DNA of 64,000 nt from a virus. Under the pieces are notes generated by a model. That model ran no database searches, was not told the origin of the DNA, and saw only the letters and a list, made by a program, of their open reading frames with translations. The stretch lies in the IMG/VR virus record IMGVR_UViG_3300030098_005409; one strand, 5' to 3'. The stretch's first letter is position 1. Each line of letters starts with the position of its first letter. Made by a program: the position numbers and the translations under genes. This document shows positions 47,687 to 57,226 of the stretch, in pieces.

Positions 47687-47696
47687 ATAATTAGTT
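47687..47696 (-). promoter_or_regulatory. Putative late-promoter variant AACTAATTAT
   Basis: 17 nt upstream of ATG 47669, overlapping the gp25-like stop. Confidence 0.45.
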
Positions 47697-48092
47697 AATA
47701 TTGTTATTAACCTCTACATTTAGAATCGCATTGGTTTGAAGTGGCAATATAGTGAACAATATAGAGACTGATAAGTTGTTAGGAAAAAGATCGGGGTTGC
47801 CTTCTGGGACTGTGAAGTCTATTCTATCAATCCCGATGTAGGGCAAGTATCTTTCAACTTGTTGTCTAATATTGCTATCAATCTCAGAATATGTCGACGC
47901 AGTGTTCTGCTCAAACAAATATTTTTTCAAGCCAACCCCAAAGTCGGTATCCATCATTCTCTCGCCAGGGTTTGTCAAGATAAGCATTTTTAAGTTTTGC
48001 TTTGCGAGAGAACTAAAGTCTGTGATTAATCCATACGGACCAAAAACGTTATCAAAAACTAGCGGTAGTTTTGGCGCCAAACCAGAAGCCAT
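47691..48092 (-). CDS. Baseplate wedge/sheath initiator (T4 gp25-like)
   Basis: KQNLKMLILTNPGERMM-x-x-DFG-x-GL..LFE..I-x-QQV-x-RYLP motif. Confidence 0.9.
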   Translation of the reverse strand: MASGLAPKLPLVFDNVFGPYGLITDFSSLAKQNLKMLILTNPGERMMDTDFGVGLKKYLFEQNTASTYSEIDSNIRQQVERYLPYIGIDRIDFTVPEGNPDLFPNNLSVSILFTILPLQTNAILNVEVNNNIN

Positions 48093-48107
48093 GTGCGATC
48101 CTCCTTC

Positions 48108-48117
48108 TTAAATAGTT
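48108..48117 (-). promoter_or_regulatory. Putative late-promoter motif AACTATTTAA
   Basis: Intergenic, 15 nt upstream of ATG 48092 with AGGAGG between. Confidence 0.55.
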
Positions 48118-48129
48118 GATTTATTTATT

Positions 48130-51100
48130 TTAGCACTCCTCGGAAGGTGGCGGTTCTGTTGCATCAACATTGTCATCCGAAAGGCCCTCATCAATCTTTA
48201 TCTTAAGCAGTTCAATTAATAGATACAGAATGCCCAGGGGAGACGGAGGCGCCATGAACATTCCTGCAATTGATCCCTTGAAATCAACTCCGTCTAGGCT
48301 AATTCTTGGACCAAATAAGGGTGCGCCGTCTCCCACGTCGGTTCCAGCAGCCGGGTGTCCGGGGGGGTAAGTCACAGACACAGTGTCTGTGAGAGTTTTA
48401 TTACCAATACTGTATAGGCAGAACAATAAAGATAAGACATCCTCTCCGTTAATATTTGCGGTCCTTATTGGAGAACTGGCTGGTAGGGCACTAATAGATG
48501 TTGTAATCGCCTGAGAAACCTTCAAAAAGGCATCCGCTGTTACGTCCTTAATTATCTTTGAGATTGCAATGTGTGGGTCGATAAGCTCAACTAAGCCCTT
48601 GAGAATTTGAATTGGAGTTTCCTTCAAAAACTTCAGGAATATCTCCCTTGCCATGGAATCCATATCCTGTTGTCCATTGTTAGCCAAAGTATTAGAATAT
48701 TCGTCATTCAATCCATCAGGCAGTGGTGGACGGGTGGAAGCATCCGTCATATTCATAAAGTTTATGATAGCGCGCTTCGTTCCTCTAAAAGAATCAATTA
48801 TGTCTGAGAAGAACAATTCTGTTAAGTAGAAGTTGTATAAAAGTGGACCCATGAAGATGGCATCCTGATTGAATACCTGTTGTTTGAAGATTTGATATTC
48901 TGGGCTACTCTTGATAACTCCTAATATATTCGCGGACATTCCCGTATTGATCTCGAATAACGTTGCCGTCTCGGGCGCCGAGAGGTCACCGTTCGCGAAC
49001 ACGCGGCGGCGCACATAGTTAAGCCTAACTAATCCAGCTGGGGTGTCGGGGGCAGAAAGAACATTCTGAAAATATATTGCAACATTAAAATCAGTATATG
49101 ACGAAGACAACCGCCGAGCCATAATAACTCTATCAGTGGTTTGGTACTCCTCTAGATTATAGACACCTATTACGTCTTCTAAGAAGACATCATCAAATGT
49201 TTTGTTTTTGCCCTGTGGGTCTATAATATTATTTATGGTACCAAGCGTAGATCTTTGTCCGGAATCCCAAGTGTAATATAATCTTTCCTCCACCAAGAAA
49301 CGGATAAGCGGCTCATAAACGTTTAAAGGAAAATTGGCCCTACCTTCAGCTTCATTCAACTCAAAACCTACTGGTATGTCATATGGAGGGTATGTGTGAG
49401 CAATACCCCCGTTGTTAATTGTTGACTGTCTAATTGACACTCTATCAAAATAATTGTATATTTCCCTCTCAAGAACAGAATTGCCATCAAGTCGCTCGGA
49501 CTCAATGGATTGGATGATTTCGCTAACCATAAACTCTTTTACAAAAGACAATTGCAATACAGAATTCATTTCAAAAGCCGAAAAAACAACAATGTTTTTA
49601 ATTATAAATTCATCTATCGCAGCCTGTATTAGCATTAGTATCAAACCGTAATATAAGGTATTTCTTGTTTTATCCTTTGTTGATCCCTGGTCGTAGCATG
49701 CAGCCGCTGCGAATTCTTTTTTCATTTGATCAAGAATGCCTTCAGCATCAAACAGATCACCAATATTTTCTGGGGGGCAGTTCGCGTTGTTCTTGAAAAA
49801 CTTAAGATTGTTTATCTTATCGGCGCTAAATGCTCCATTTTCTAAGATATAGTCAAATAAGTTGGCGAATAGAGTACCATAAGCCGGTATGAATTGTTCT
49901 TGGACGGTCGCTACTATACCTTCATTATCCAACGCCAAAAACGATCCGGCGCCGAGTTGCTGCTCAAAAGGATCTACAAATCTAAACACATACGGATTAA
50001 ATTCTTTCACAGCGTAAGCTGTGTTTGCTGGCAATGGAGGCGATTCGCCCGGGACGAGGTTCTCTATTTCTCCAACCAAAAGATCGTCAACTGAGTCTAA
50101 ATTGTAATTCAAACTTAAGTAGGTGCTCGCATTTGACTGATATTTCGGGTAGTTTATATATAGGCTCTGATTTGCGGCCGTCTGAGATGCGTAAGACCCA
50201 GAGAAATTACCCGAGTCTGGACTCTGTATGTTATACAGCAACCGGATTGAAATAGTTTCAAACGGTATCGGGCCGGTGTTATCATTAGATTCGTTGTAAA
50301 ATGAAAATATGGAACCACTCTCAATAAGCGCTGGAACTTGAAGGTTAGTGTTTAAAATTCCATACGGCTGAATTGCATTTTGGAATCTGCTCTTGAACGC
50401 CTCCGGGAAAATATACTGCGTGTGCAGCATGCCCTCACCCGCGGTCTGATCCTGAATTGATGTCACCTTTTCGTTAACTTCTTCAATAACTCCCGGGACT
50501 TCGCTCAAAGCCGAATCGATAGTACCAACCACCGTGCTAACATTGTTGATAATATTTTGAATCTTAGCATTGTCAATGTCTTGGCAGACTCCTGTCGACG
50601 CTGCCGATTCAATCGCACCAGCAGCGTCTCCAAAGAAGTCAAACATTTCTGTGATAAAGTTTAGAACTGCCGGGTCCATCTCAGCAGTTGGAGGCTCCAA
50701 GTCAGGAAACAAAGCAAGTGCTCCGGAAAGGTCTGGGTTTGGCACATTAGAAACTGTGGGTTCCAACAAAGATGTGCGCGCCGCTTCCAGTGAACCGGCC
50801 ATGTATGTTTTAGTGGTCCCCAGAATATTATTAAACAGGTTAGGCAAAATTGTGGTGGCTATTGGGTTTTCTAGATAATTTGGAGAATCCGGGCACAAAA
50901 ACTCAATCGGGGGTGGGAGGATCTCAATGCCATCTTCGGCAATCCTTATTAATTCGTCTAGTGCCGGTGTTGAATCGTAGAAATCTTCGTCCAGGCATAT
51001 ATTACAGTTTTCCACGACCTGTAAAATATTATTATTGATGATGTCGTTGCAGAATGTTACTGTGTCGACATACTGAGAAATTCTCGCAAAATAACTATTG

Positions 51101-53007
51101 ATAGATCCGATTGTATTGACGTTATTTCTGATTTGCGGCAAAGGATAATTTGAATTGAAGTCAAGAATTTTTGCATGTGTAGACGGCTCAACTTCCCTCT
51201 GAGAATTTAGTAAACGACAAACTTCTATGGGATTCAACACACTTGAGACATCTGAGAAATAAGAGTAAACCTGCTCTAGAGCTAAGCCATCTTGCGCAAA
51301 CTCAGCCTCCAAAAGCTCCTCAAGATTTGGGAAACTAACAGCTGCTCTTTGGTTGTCATCCCTTATCCTACTCCCGACATCAATAACACCCGTATTGCCT
51401 CTCAAGATAGCACCACAATTAAATTGTATTAATTCCACCAGTGATTTAATAACTGCGAAGGCGCCATTAGCAATTGCGCCCAAGACAATGTCTTTTATTT
51501 GATCTTTAATGTCCCCATTGATTGAAAACGGCTTCGCGAAGTTCTCAAACAGTTCAGCCAAATTTGGTCTTTTTATATTTATCTCTTTAGATGGAGGCAT
51601 TGGTTCTGTCTGAAGCGAACTAGCCTGCTGAATAATAGTGTTCCTAACTGACTGCGTAATTCTAGAGGCTGTAGCACCGAGGCCCAACGTTAAGCAAATA
51701 ATTGCTTCTTTTGCGAGGGCTTGAATTCCAAACTGGTTTAAAATCTGATTTACAATTTTTTGCTCTTTGGTAGCGTTGGGTCCAAATATCGGAACATTAA
51801 AATTCAGAACGGCGTCTATTGTGTCTACAATTTGAATTCCGGCATTGAGTTTCTTAGCTTTTTCTGCCTGAAGAATGTTCTTTTTTGTTTCTTCATTTTC
51901 AGCCTCTTCGATTTCTTTTAGTAACTCTTCTTTAGTTTTAAGCTTGCTGAACGTGTCCTCTAGCTGTTGTATGTTACTTACATCAATCAGATCATCTGAG
52001 GATCTGTTCCCAAAAATATTATTACCGGGAGTAATAGAGCCAGGAATATCCCCAATCTGTGGTGCGGTGAACGACCCTTCAATTCCAAGCGTCGAGAAAA
52101 AGTCTGTTATTGACTGCTGCTTTGTTAAGTTTGACTGTTGCTCCGATGATTCAATGATCTCTTTATAATTTTGAACTGTCTTTAAAGCCAAGGGGTCACT
52201 AAAAATTGGATTGTATTTAGAATTTGTAATAAACCCAATCTTTGCTTGCTTAGTTTCTCCACGAGTCACATTCAAAACAAAATAATCAACTCGCAGAATA
52301 TTTGAGTCTGCATCAAAGTACATTGTCAAATAATCGGTATCAAAGAAATTGCTCTCTTTAAGTTTAAAGTCCAAGCCCTCATATATGACACTCAGCAAAG
52401 CATTGACAATTCTATTGGTTGAGAAACCAAGAGTATTTGCGTCCAATGACAAAGGTATAATCCCCTTGAACAACGAAAGTCCGGCTGAGAAGTCACTAAT
52501 TGTTCCTGTCAGCTTGTCTAGAGAACTTGGCACATTTGCAAACTCAAAGCTTGTTGCCCCTGTCTCAGATCCTGCGTCTCTTTCATTGTTAAAGAACGCC
52601 AGAGCATCTAAGAAATCAGGTAACTTTTCTTCTTCTTCATACGCCTCTTTAAGGTCATAGATGTTTCCTTCTTGTAGTGATAGCTTATATGTGTTTTTGA
52701 TGTTAAATGGACCAGTTTTTTCCAAAAAAAGCGAATCTGAAATTGTATTGCGAAGTTCGTCATAGAAACCACTAAAACTAGCGAACTCAGCATTATTTCT
52801 GTCAACTACTAAAGGATAGTACTCTGGGAAATAATGCTCAATAAAATAGTCTGTGCATAGACGCTCTTGGGTATCTCTGGAACCGCGGGCGTCGACGTTT
52901 ACATAAAAGTTCATTATGTTGCCTACTTTATTGACAAATGGAATGCCCAGCAAAGTTTTAGAGATTAGAGACTGCAGCGATATAGCTTGTATTTCTGGGA
53001 TAGCCAT
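48130..53007 (-). CDS. Very large acidic, largely helical protein in the baseplate region (1625 aa)
   Basis: Long ORF between putative spike and gp25-like genes; function not recognised. Confidence 0.6.
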   Translation of the reverse strand: MAIPEIQAISLQSLISKTLLGIPFVNKVGNIMNFYVNVDARGSRDTQERLCTDYFIEHYFPEYYPLVVDRNNAEFASFSGFYDELRNTISDSLFLEKTGPFNIKNTYKLSLQEGNIYDLKEAYEEEEKLPDFLDALAFFNNERDAGSETGATSFEFANVPSSLDKLTGTISDFSAGLSLFKGIIPLSLDANTLGFSTNRIVNALLSVIYEGLDFKLKESNFFDTDYLTMYFDADSNILRVDYFVLNVTRGETKQAKIGFITNSKYNPIFSDPLALKTVQNYKEIIESSEQQSNLTKQQSITDFFSTLGIEGSFTAPQIGDIPGSITPGNNIFGNRSSDDLIDVSNIQQLEDTFSKLKTKEELLKEIEEAENEETKKNILQAEKAKKLNAGIQIVDTIDAVLNFNVPIFGPNATKEQKIVNQILNQFGIQALAKEAIICLTLGLGATASRITQSVRNTIIQQASSLQTEPMPPSKEINIKRPNLAELFENFAKPFSINGDIKDQIKDIVLGAIANGAFAVIKSLVELIQFNCGAILRGNTGVIDVGSRIRDDNQRAAVSFPNLEELLEAEFAQDGLALEQVYSYFSDVSSVLNPIEVCRLLNSQREVEPSTHAKILDFNSNYPLPQIRNNVNTIGSINSYFARISQYVDTVTFCNDIINNNILQVVENCNICLDEDFYDSTPALDELIRIAEDGIEILPPPIEFLCPDSPNYLENPIATTILPNLFNNILGTTKTYMAGSLEAARTSLLEPTVSNVPNPDLSGALALFPDLEPPTAEMDPAVLNFITEMFDFFGDAAGAIESAASTGVCQDIDNAKIQNIINNVSTVVGTIDSALSEVPGVIEEVNEKVTSIQDQTAGEGMLHTQYIFPEAFKSRFQNAIQPYGILNTNLQVPALIESGSIFSFYNESNDNTGPIPFETISIRLLYNIQSPDSGNFSGSYASQTAANQSLYINYPKYQSNASTYLSLNYNLDSVDDLLVGEIENLVPGESPPLPANTAYAVKEFNPYVFRFVDPFEQQLGAGSFLALDNEGIVATVQEQFIPAYGTLFANLFDYILENGAFSADKINNLKFFKNNANCPPENIGDLFDAEGILDQMKKEFAAAACYDQGSTKDKTRNTLYYGLILMLIQAAIDEFIIKNIVVFSAFEMNSVLQLSFVKEFMVSEIIQSIESERLDGNSVLEREIYNYFDRVSIRQSTINNGGIAHTYPPYDIPVGFELNEAEGRANFPLNVYEPLIRFLVEERLYYTWDSGQRSTLGTINNIIDPQGKNKTFDDVFLEDVIGVYNLEEYQTTDRVIMARRLSSSYTDFNVAIYFQNVLSAPDTPAGLVRLNYVRRRVFANGDLSAPETATLFEINTGMSANILGVIKSSPEYQIFKQQVFNQDAIFMGPLLYNFYLTELFFSDIIDSFRGTKRAIINFMNMTDASTRPPLPDGLNDEYSNTLANNGQQDMDSMAREIFLKFLKETPIQILKGLVELIDPHIAISKIIKDVTADAFLKVSQAITTSISALPASSPIRTANINGEDVLSLLFCLYSIGNKTLTDTVSVTYPPGHPAAGTDVGDGAPLFGPRISLDGVDFKGSIAGMFMAPPSPLGILYLLIELLKIKIDEGLSDDNVDATEPPPSEEC

Positions 53008-53984
53008 TAGTTTGTCCTATTGTATAAACTTAGAATATACTTGTCGCCGGCAACTCCAGAGTTATCTAAGTAATCGTTAACAACCGCAACGGTGGTTAAG
53101 GGTATTTCAGCTATCATAGGCACTTGGCAATTTAAAGCAACATTAATCGAGTTCTCAACACCGGCCATCATAGTTTGTTTAAAATCAGGGGCGGTTTCAG
53201 TTCCATAAAATGGCGACATATGCGTGTGATTCTGGATTGCCCTGTTGAAGTTTTGCTGATATGAAATAAAGTTATCTAATATCGTACCAATATTTTCAAC
53301 GACCTGAAGAAGAGCATTCAGGCAATCTTTAAGATTTTCACCTTTTACCATCGGCTGCAGGTCTTCTGGATCATTCATAGCTATTAAATCAATCCCGTAT
53401 CCGCTCTTATCGGCGTTTGACAATTCGCCACCCTGTGAGTTGATTGAATCTGTTCGAGTGATAAGTCGGATATTCTCGCGACCAATAACTCTAATATTAT
53501 CTGCTTTGATGGCGATGCCAGATCTAGGCGTCACAGAAGAGGTCGACCCACCCCCCTGCCGGGGCTTTTTAAGTCTAAAGTAGCCATCGATATCTGCTTT
53601 TTGACTAACATATATCCTCGCTGAGTCTAAAACAAAGTTAGGATCAGCATAAAGCTTGTTACCTTTTCTGTCTCTACTTCGTGCGCTGTGTCCCAAAGTT
53701 CCGGCAACAATATCTATTGCGGCGCAATGAGACTGCCCCTTACCTCCTGTGCCAGAAAATCTGTTAGAGTTTCTATCTTTGCCTAATTTAATAGATGCGT
53801 TACCTTTTCTTATGACTCTCTCATTAGAAGTCAGAATTAGATCTGGTGTGTCATAGTTCTCTGTTTCTTTTGAGCCCACTCCACGAATATCAGCCTTTTC
53901 GGCTGGAGATGCGTTGTCCAACTTTCTTTTTTCAATTGGGTCTGTTGGGTTTTGTATAGCTGATGTTGTTTTTACTTTGGACAC
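53007..53984 (-). CDS. Putative central spike / gp5 C-terminal analogue (325 aa)
   Basis: beta-rich DSARIYVSQK-x-DID and IAIKAD-x-IR-x-IGRE-x-I segments; C-terminal H-x-H (NHTHMS) as in iron-capped contractile-tail spikes; GTG start. Confidence 0.5.
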   Translation of the reverse strand: MSKVKTTSAIQNPTDPIEKRKLDNASPAEKADIRGVGSKETENYDTPDLILTSNERVIRKGNASIKLGKDRNSNRFSGTGGKGQSHCAAIDIVAGTLGHSARSRDRKGNKLYADPNFVLDSARIYVSQKADIDGYFRLKKPRQGGGSTSSVTPRSGIAIKADNIRVIGRENIRLITRTDSINSQGGELSNADKSGYGIDLIAMNDPEDLQPMVKGENLKDCLNALLQVVENIGTILDNFISYQQNFNRAIQNHTHMSPFYGTETAPDFKQTMMAGVENSINVALNCQVPMIAEIPLTTVAVVNDYLDNSGVAGDKYILSLYNRTN

Positions 53985-53993
53985 TTATTTCTC

Positions 53994-55340
53994 CTAGGAC
54001 AGGGCACTTGGTCCCGCTGTTGCCGGTAGATCTTGCGGGTCTGCCTCAAATGTTACCTGTGCATCATTAAGTCCCTCTTGAGTCCAGCGTTTGGTATTTA
54101 CGGAGACGCCCTTAACTACTTTATTAAACCCAACCCAATCCAGATGCCAATGTTCGTTTGATACTCCAAAATTAAAATTAAAATTATCAGGAGCAAACTT
54201 ATTCAACCACTTAAATTCTGGTGAGTTCCCCGCTTGATCTCCGGTCCACCCGCTGCCCGGTCTGTCTATATCTACCGCGGAGCCCCAACCATGGTTGGAT
54301 GTACCAGGAATTGCCGCATATCCACGAAATTTACAGTTTTCATCATACTGTCCTGCGCCCTCGCCTTTTATGCCATTACCATGCGGTCCTTGGCACCCTG
54401 CCTGATCACCGCGAGCCCTAATCATCCGGACCGAAACTTGAGTGTTGTAGGGTCGATAGCCGCTACCTTTCAATTGTTTACCAAATTTTCTTTTATAGGC
54501 AGCAGTTAATCTAAGCCAATCATCCTTAGCATCTTTTATTATTTGGGCGCCCGAGGCTGGATCAGTATACAACAAACCGGTTTCTTCTAGCTCTCCATTA
54601 TTGATGGGTTGGCCTGTTGGAATATATATCGCGCTTTTCTGTTTGGCTCTATTAGACCAACTAAAATTGCCCGGATCGTCCTTAGAGACTGTGCCTCTAG
54701 GTCCCATAATCATAGGTTTTTTGTTCTTAAAGTCCAGCTTTATTGATGAATTTTGAAGATTAATATCAAATATTTTAGGTCCTACTTTTATGATCTGAGG
54801 GTTTTGGAACTTTTCGTCGGCATATATTATACTAACCAGTGTTCCGGGCAAAATAGCCAATTGACCGTTGGGTATGCTAGCATCAAGAGATAAAGACGCC
54901 TCTGGCAATGAATCAACACGATCAGCCAGAGACATGCCTGGAAGATTTAACTTCCCCGTTGTGTTGCCTTTTAGAAGCTCATCGATATCTATGAGAACTC
55001 TAGGGTCACCTTCGTGGACATAAACCTTATATTTGTAGTATACTGCTTCGCCAGTTAATTCTGGATTATCTGCTAGCGCAAGCTGTTTAGAAACATACTC
55101 CAAATTTTCCATCGGATTAGATATTACTGGTTGATCTCCGTAGTACGTGCCAAAAACAATACCACCGAAAACCGTTTTATTCGCCATAGCATCAGGAGTG
55201 AATGCTTCCTCCAGAACAGCTGATATGGCATCGGTTGTAGTTAGCGACCTCCTGTCCCCAGAAAGACCGTCAGCTGGTCTAAGGTCATTCAGAACGCCAT
55301 ATTGACTGAATATTTGTTGAGGTGTTATTTCGTTAGCCAT
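53994..55340 (-). CDS. Baseplate hub protein with M15 (VanY-like) peptidoglycan peptidase domain (448 aa)
   Basis: SGYRPY..Q, AA-x-PGTSNHGWG-x-AVD and EHWH zinc-peptidase motifs in the C-terminal half. Confidence 0.75.
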   Translation of the reverse strand: MANEITPQQIFSQYGVLNDLRPADGLSGDRRSLTTTDAISAVLEEAFTPDAMANKTVFGGIVFGTYYGDQPVISNPMENLEYVSKQLALADNPELTGEAVYYKYKVYVHEGDPRVLIDIDELLKGNTTGKLNLPGMSLADRVDSLPEASLSLDASIPNGQLAILPGTLVSIIYADEKFQNPQIIKVGPKIFDINLQNSSIKLDFKNKKPMIMGPRGTVSKDDPGNFSWSNRAKQKSAIYIPTGQPINNGELEETGLLYTDPASGAQIIKDAKDDWLRLTAAYKRKFGKQLKGSGYRPYNTQVSVRMIRARGDQAGCQGPHGNGIKGEGAGQYDENCKFRGYAAIPGTSNHGWGSAVDIDRPGSGWTGDQAGNSPEFKWLNKFAPDNFNFNFGVSNEHWHLDWVGFNKVVKGVSVNTKRWTQEGLNDAQVTFEADPQDLPATAGPSALS

Positions 55341-55641
55341 CTTCTTTGTTCTCGTTTAACAAATCAAACAGTTGTTCTTTATCATCTTCTGTAAGACCAA
55401 CCTGATTTGTCTTTTGGCGTTGAAGAATGGCGGCGAGCTTCACCATCTGCTCGTTGGATCTTTGAAGATTTTCTACATACTTAGCGGCTATTGAGCCCAT
55501 TTCTCTTCTATCGGTGGGAGAGGCTTTCATATCAGCCATTACATCCATTAATAAGGACTTGGCCATCGCACGATCTTCTTTGATGTTTGTCGTGGTTTCT
55601 TCGATGTAGTGCTCTAAGCTTAGATCTCGCTGTTTTCCCAT
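55333..55641 (-). CDS. Helical hypothetical protein (102 aa)
   Basis: Coupled ORF after the sigma-like gene; IAAKYVENLQRSNEQMVKL helix. Confidence 0.6.
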   Translation of the reverse strand: MGKQRDLSLEHYIEETTTNIKEDRAMAKSLLMDVMADMKASPTDRREMGSIAAKYVENLQRSNEQMVKLAAILQRQKTNQVGLTEDDKEQLFDLLNENKEDG

Positions 55642-56309
55642 TTTGTCTTAAACGTCCTGTATCTCTTCCGAAGCTTATTGAGGTTATTGACAACCTGCTT
55701 GGTGTTCAGCCCAGTAAGTTCGCGAAGATATAAGTAAATAGCTTTTTTGTTAAAAATTTCTATTTGTTCGGCTGAGTCTAGGAGAATGCGTACAGCCATA
55801 AGAACCTTTTTCTCGTTCTCTTTGACCATAAACGAATCCCAAGTGTCTATCTCGCTGTTCAAAGACATCCAAAATTCAACCTCAGATCTCTTATCATAAT
55901 AACTAAGCTCATCCGATACTAGGTTTTCATCCACTTCGTTAAGGACGTCCTCCATAAATATCTCTGTTTGAAGGCGTTTCTTGGTTCGCTTGACTTTGTG
56001 AATAAACCAGTTCTTGGTCACCACTGAGAAGTACGAGAAGGCTTTCGAGCCCTTATTGGGGTCATACTTGTTTAAAATTGTAGTTAGCCAAACTTTACAA
56101 TCTGCTCTGAGATAATCAATATTTGGCAACGTGGTGAAACGATAGGTATAGATTATCTTATCTACCATATCGTCAAATGCAGGCTGAATATACTCTTCGT
56201 ACAATTTTGATCGTAGTTCTCGATCCTCTGTCGAAGCGTATTTAACTATTGCGTCTTCGTGTACCTGCGTAAAGTAATGATTTTTCTTGCTCTTCTTCCG
56301 TCTCGGCAT
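55620..56309 (-). CDS. Phage late sigma factor (T4 gp55-like)
   Basis: YFTQ-x-HEDAI, KYDPNKGSKAFSYFS-x-V-x-KNWF region-2-like motif, FNKKAIYLYLRE-x-T. Confidence 0.7.
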   Translation of the reverse strand: MPRRKKSKKNHYFTQVHEDAIVKYASTEDRELRSKLYEEYIQPAFDDMVDKIIYTYRFTTLPNIDYLRADCKVWLTTILNKYDPNKGSKAFSYFSVVTKNWFIHKVKRTKKRLQTEIFMEDVLNEVDENLVSDELSYYDKRSEVEFWMSLNSEIDTWDSFMVKENEKKVLMAVRILLDSAEQIEIFNKKAIYLYLRELTGLNTKQVVNNLNKLRKRYRTFKTKWENSEI

Positions 56310-56613
56310 TTAATGCTTCCTCTAGTTCTTGCTCTATTTCTTCGTCTATCGTATATTCAAATATCTCTCTAAATTCTGAGATTTCATCATTTACTTCTCT
56401 AATTCTAAACACTAATTCTTGAATTATGGGCTCACCGTGATAAGAATCCATACTATACATCTCTTTTACAAAGACTTGGAACGCTTTGGTAGTTAGAAAC
56501 AAATCGGATATATTTTCGGATATGAACATAAACTTCTGTAATAACCTGGACAAATACCACGCTAAAAGTGCATTTATTATTAATGAAGTAACGAGAACGA
56601 TATATATGAGCAT
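56242..56613 (-). CDS. N-terminal TM, acidic coiled-coil protein (123 aa)
   Basis: Hydrophobic first 22 aa; YHGEP-x-IQEL. Confidence 0.55.
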   Translation of the reverse strand: MLIYIVLVTSLIINALLAWYLSRLLQKFMFISENISDLFLTTKAFQVFVKEMYSMDSYHGEPIIQELVFRIREVNDEISEFREIFEYTIDEEIEQELEEALNAETEEEQEKSLLYAGTRRRNS

Positions 56614-56861
56614 TATCTATCTTTATTTAGTTTATCTTTTTGTTGTTGTAGCTCTTGGCGCGAATCTTTAATAAACTGCTCTGTAATTTGACCGGTTCTA
56701 TCTGATTTCGTTCCGGCTTTTTTCGTTGTAAAGTTTGTCAGCATTTTTACTAATGTGGAACCAGAGTCGCACACAGGGCATACGGACTGTGTTTCACTAG
56801 AAGGGTGATATATTACTGATATTTCGCTACACGCAGTACAACGATACTGATATCGCGGCAT
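56613..56861 (-). CDS. FmdB-like zinc-ribbon protein (82 aa)
   Basis: MPRYQYRC-x-x-C...CPVC. Confidence 0.75.
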   Translation of the reverse strand: MPRYQYRCTACSEISVIYHPSSETQSVCPVCDSGSTLVKMLTNFTTKKAGTKSDRTGQITEQFIKDSRQELQQQKDKLNKDR

Positions 56862-56863
56862 CT

Positions 56864-57022
56864 TTAGCGCTTTTCTAGTTCCTTAAGCCTTCTATCGATA
56901 TCGGCTAAGTGTTTTTCAAGATCTCTAGCCTGTTGTCCGATTGCAGTGCGAACGAGTTCATCAATAAGTTCGCGAACTTCACCTTCGGATAGATAGCGCT
57001 GCTGTGATGTTTTGTTAAACAT
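56864..57022 (-). CDS. Small coiled-coil ORF, 52 aa (MFNKTSQQRYLSEGEVRELID...), absent from the track
   Basis: Manual translation; AGGAG SD; exactly fills the gap 56861-57015. Confidence 0.6.
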   Translation of the reverse strand: MFNKTSQQRYLSEGEVRELIDELVRTAIGQQARDLEKHLADIDRRLKELEKR

Positions 57023-57224
57023 GCTCCTGTTCCTCCTCATTTATTTGAACATCATTAAAATTAACGATTGGTGGGTTGGTTACAACCAACTCTGAGTGTG
57101 ACTGATCGTCAGGATTTACTTGGAAATCCATATCCTGTAGCACCGGGACAATGTCGGACTGCTCCATTAGTGATCTTTGCAGGGCCATCATTAGTGCTCC
57201 TACTGCTTGGTCTGATAATCTCAT
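57015..57224 (-). CDS. Hypothetical protein (69 aa)
   Basis: SD AAGGAG; MRLSDQAVGALMMALQ-x-SL-x-EQSDIVP. Confidence 0.6.
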   Translation of the reverse strand: MRLSDQAVGALMMALQRSLMEQSDIVPVLQDMDFQVNPDDQSHSELVVTNPPIVNFNDVQINEEEQEHV

Positions 57225-57226
57225 AG

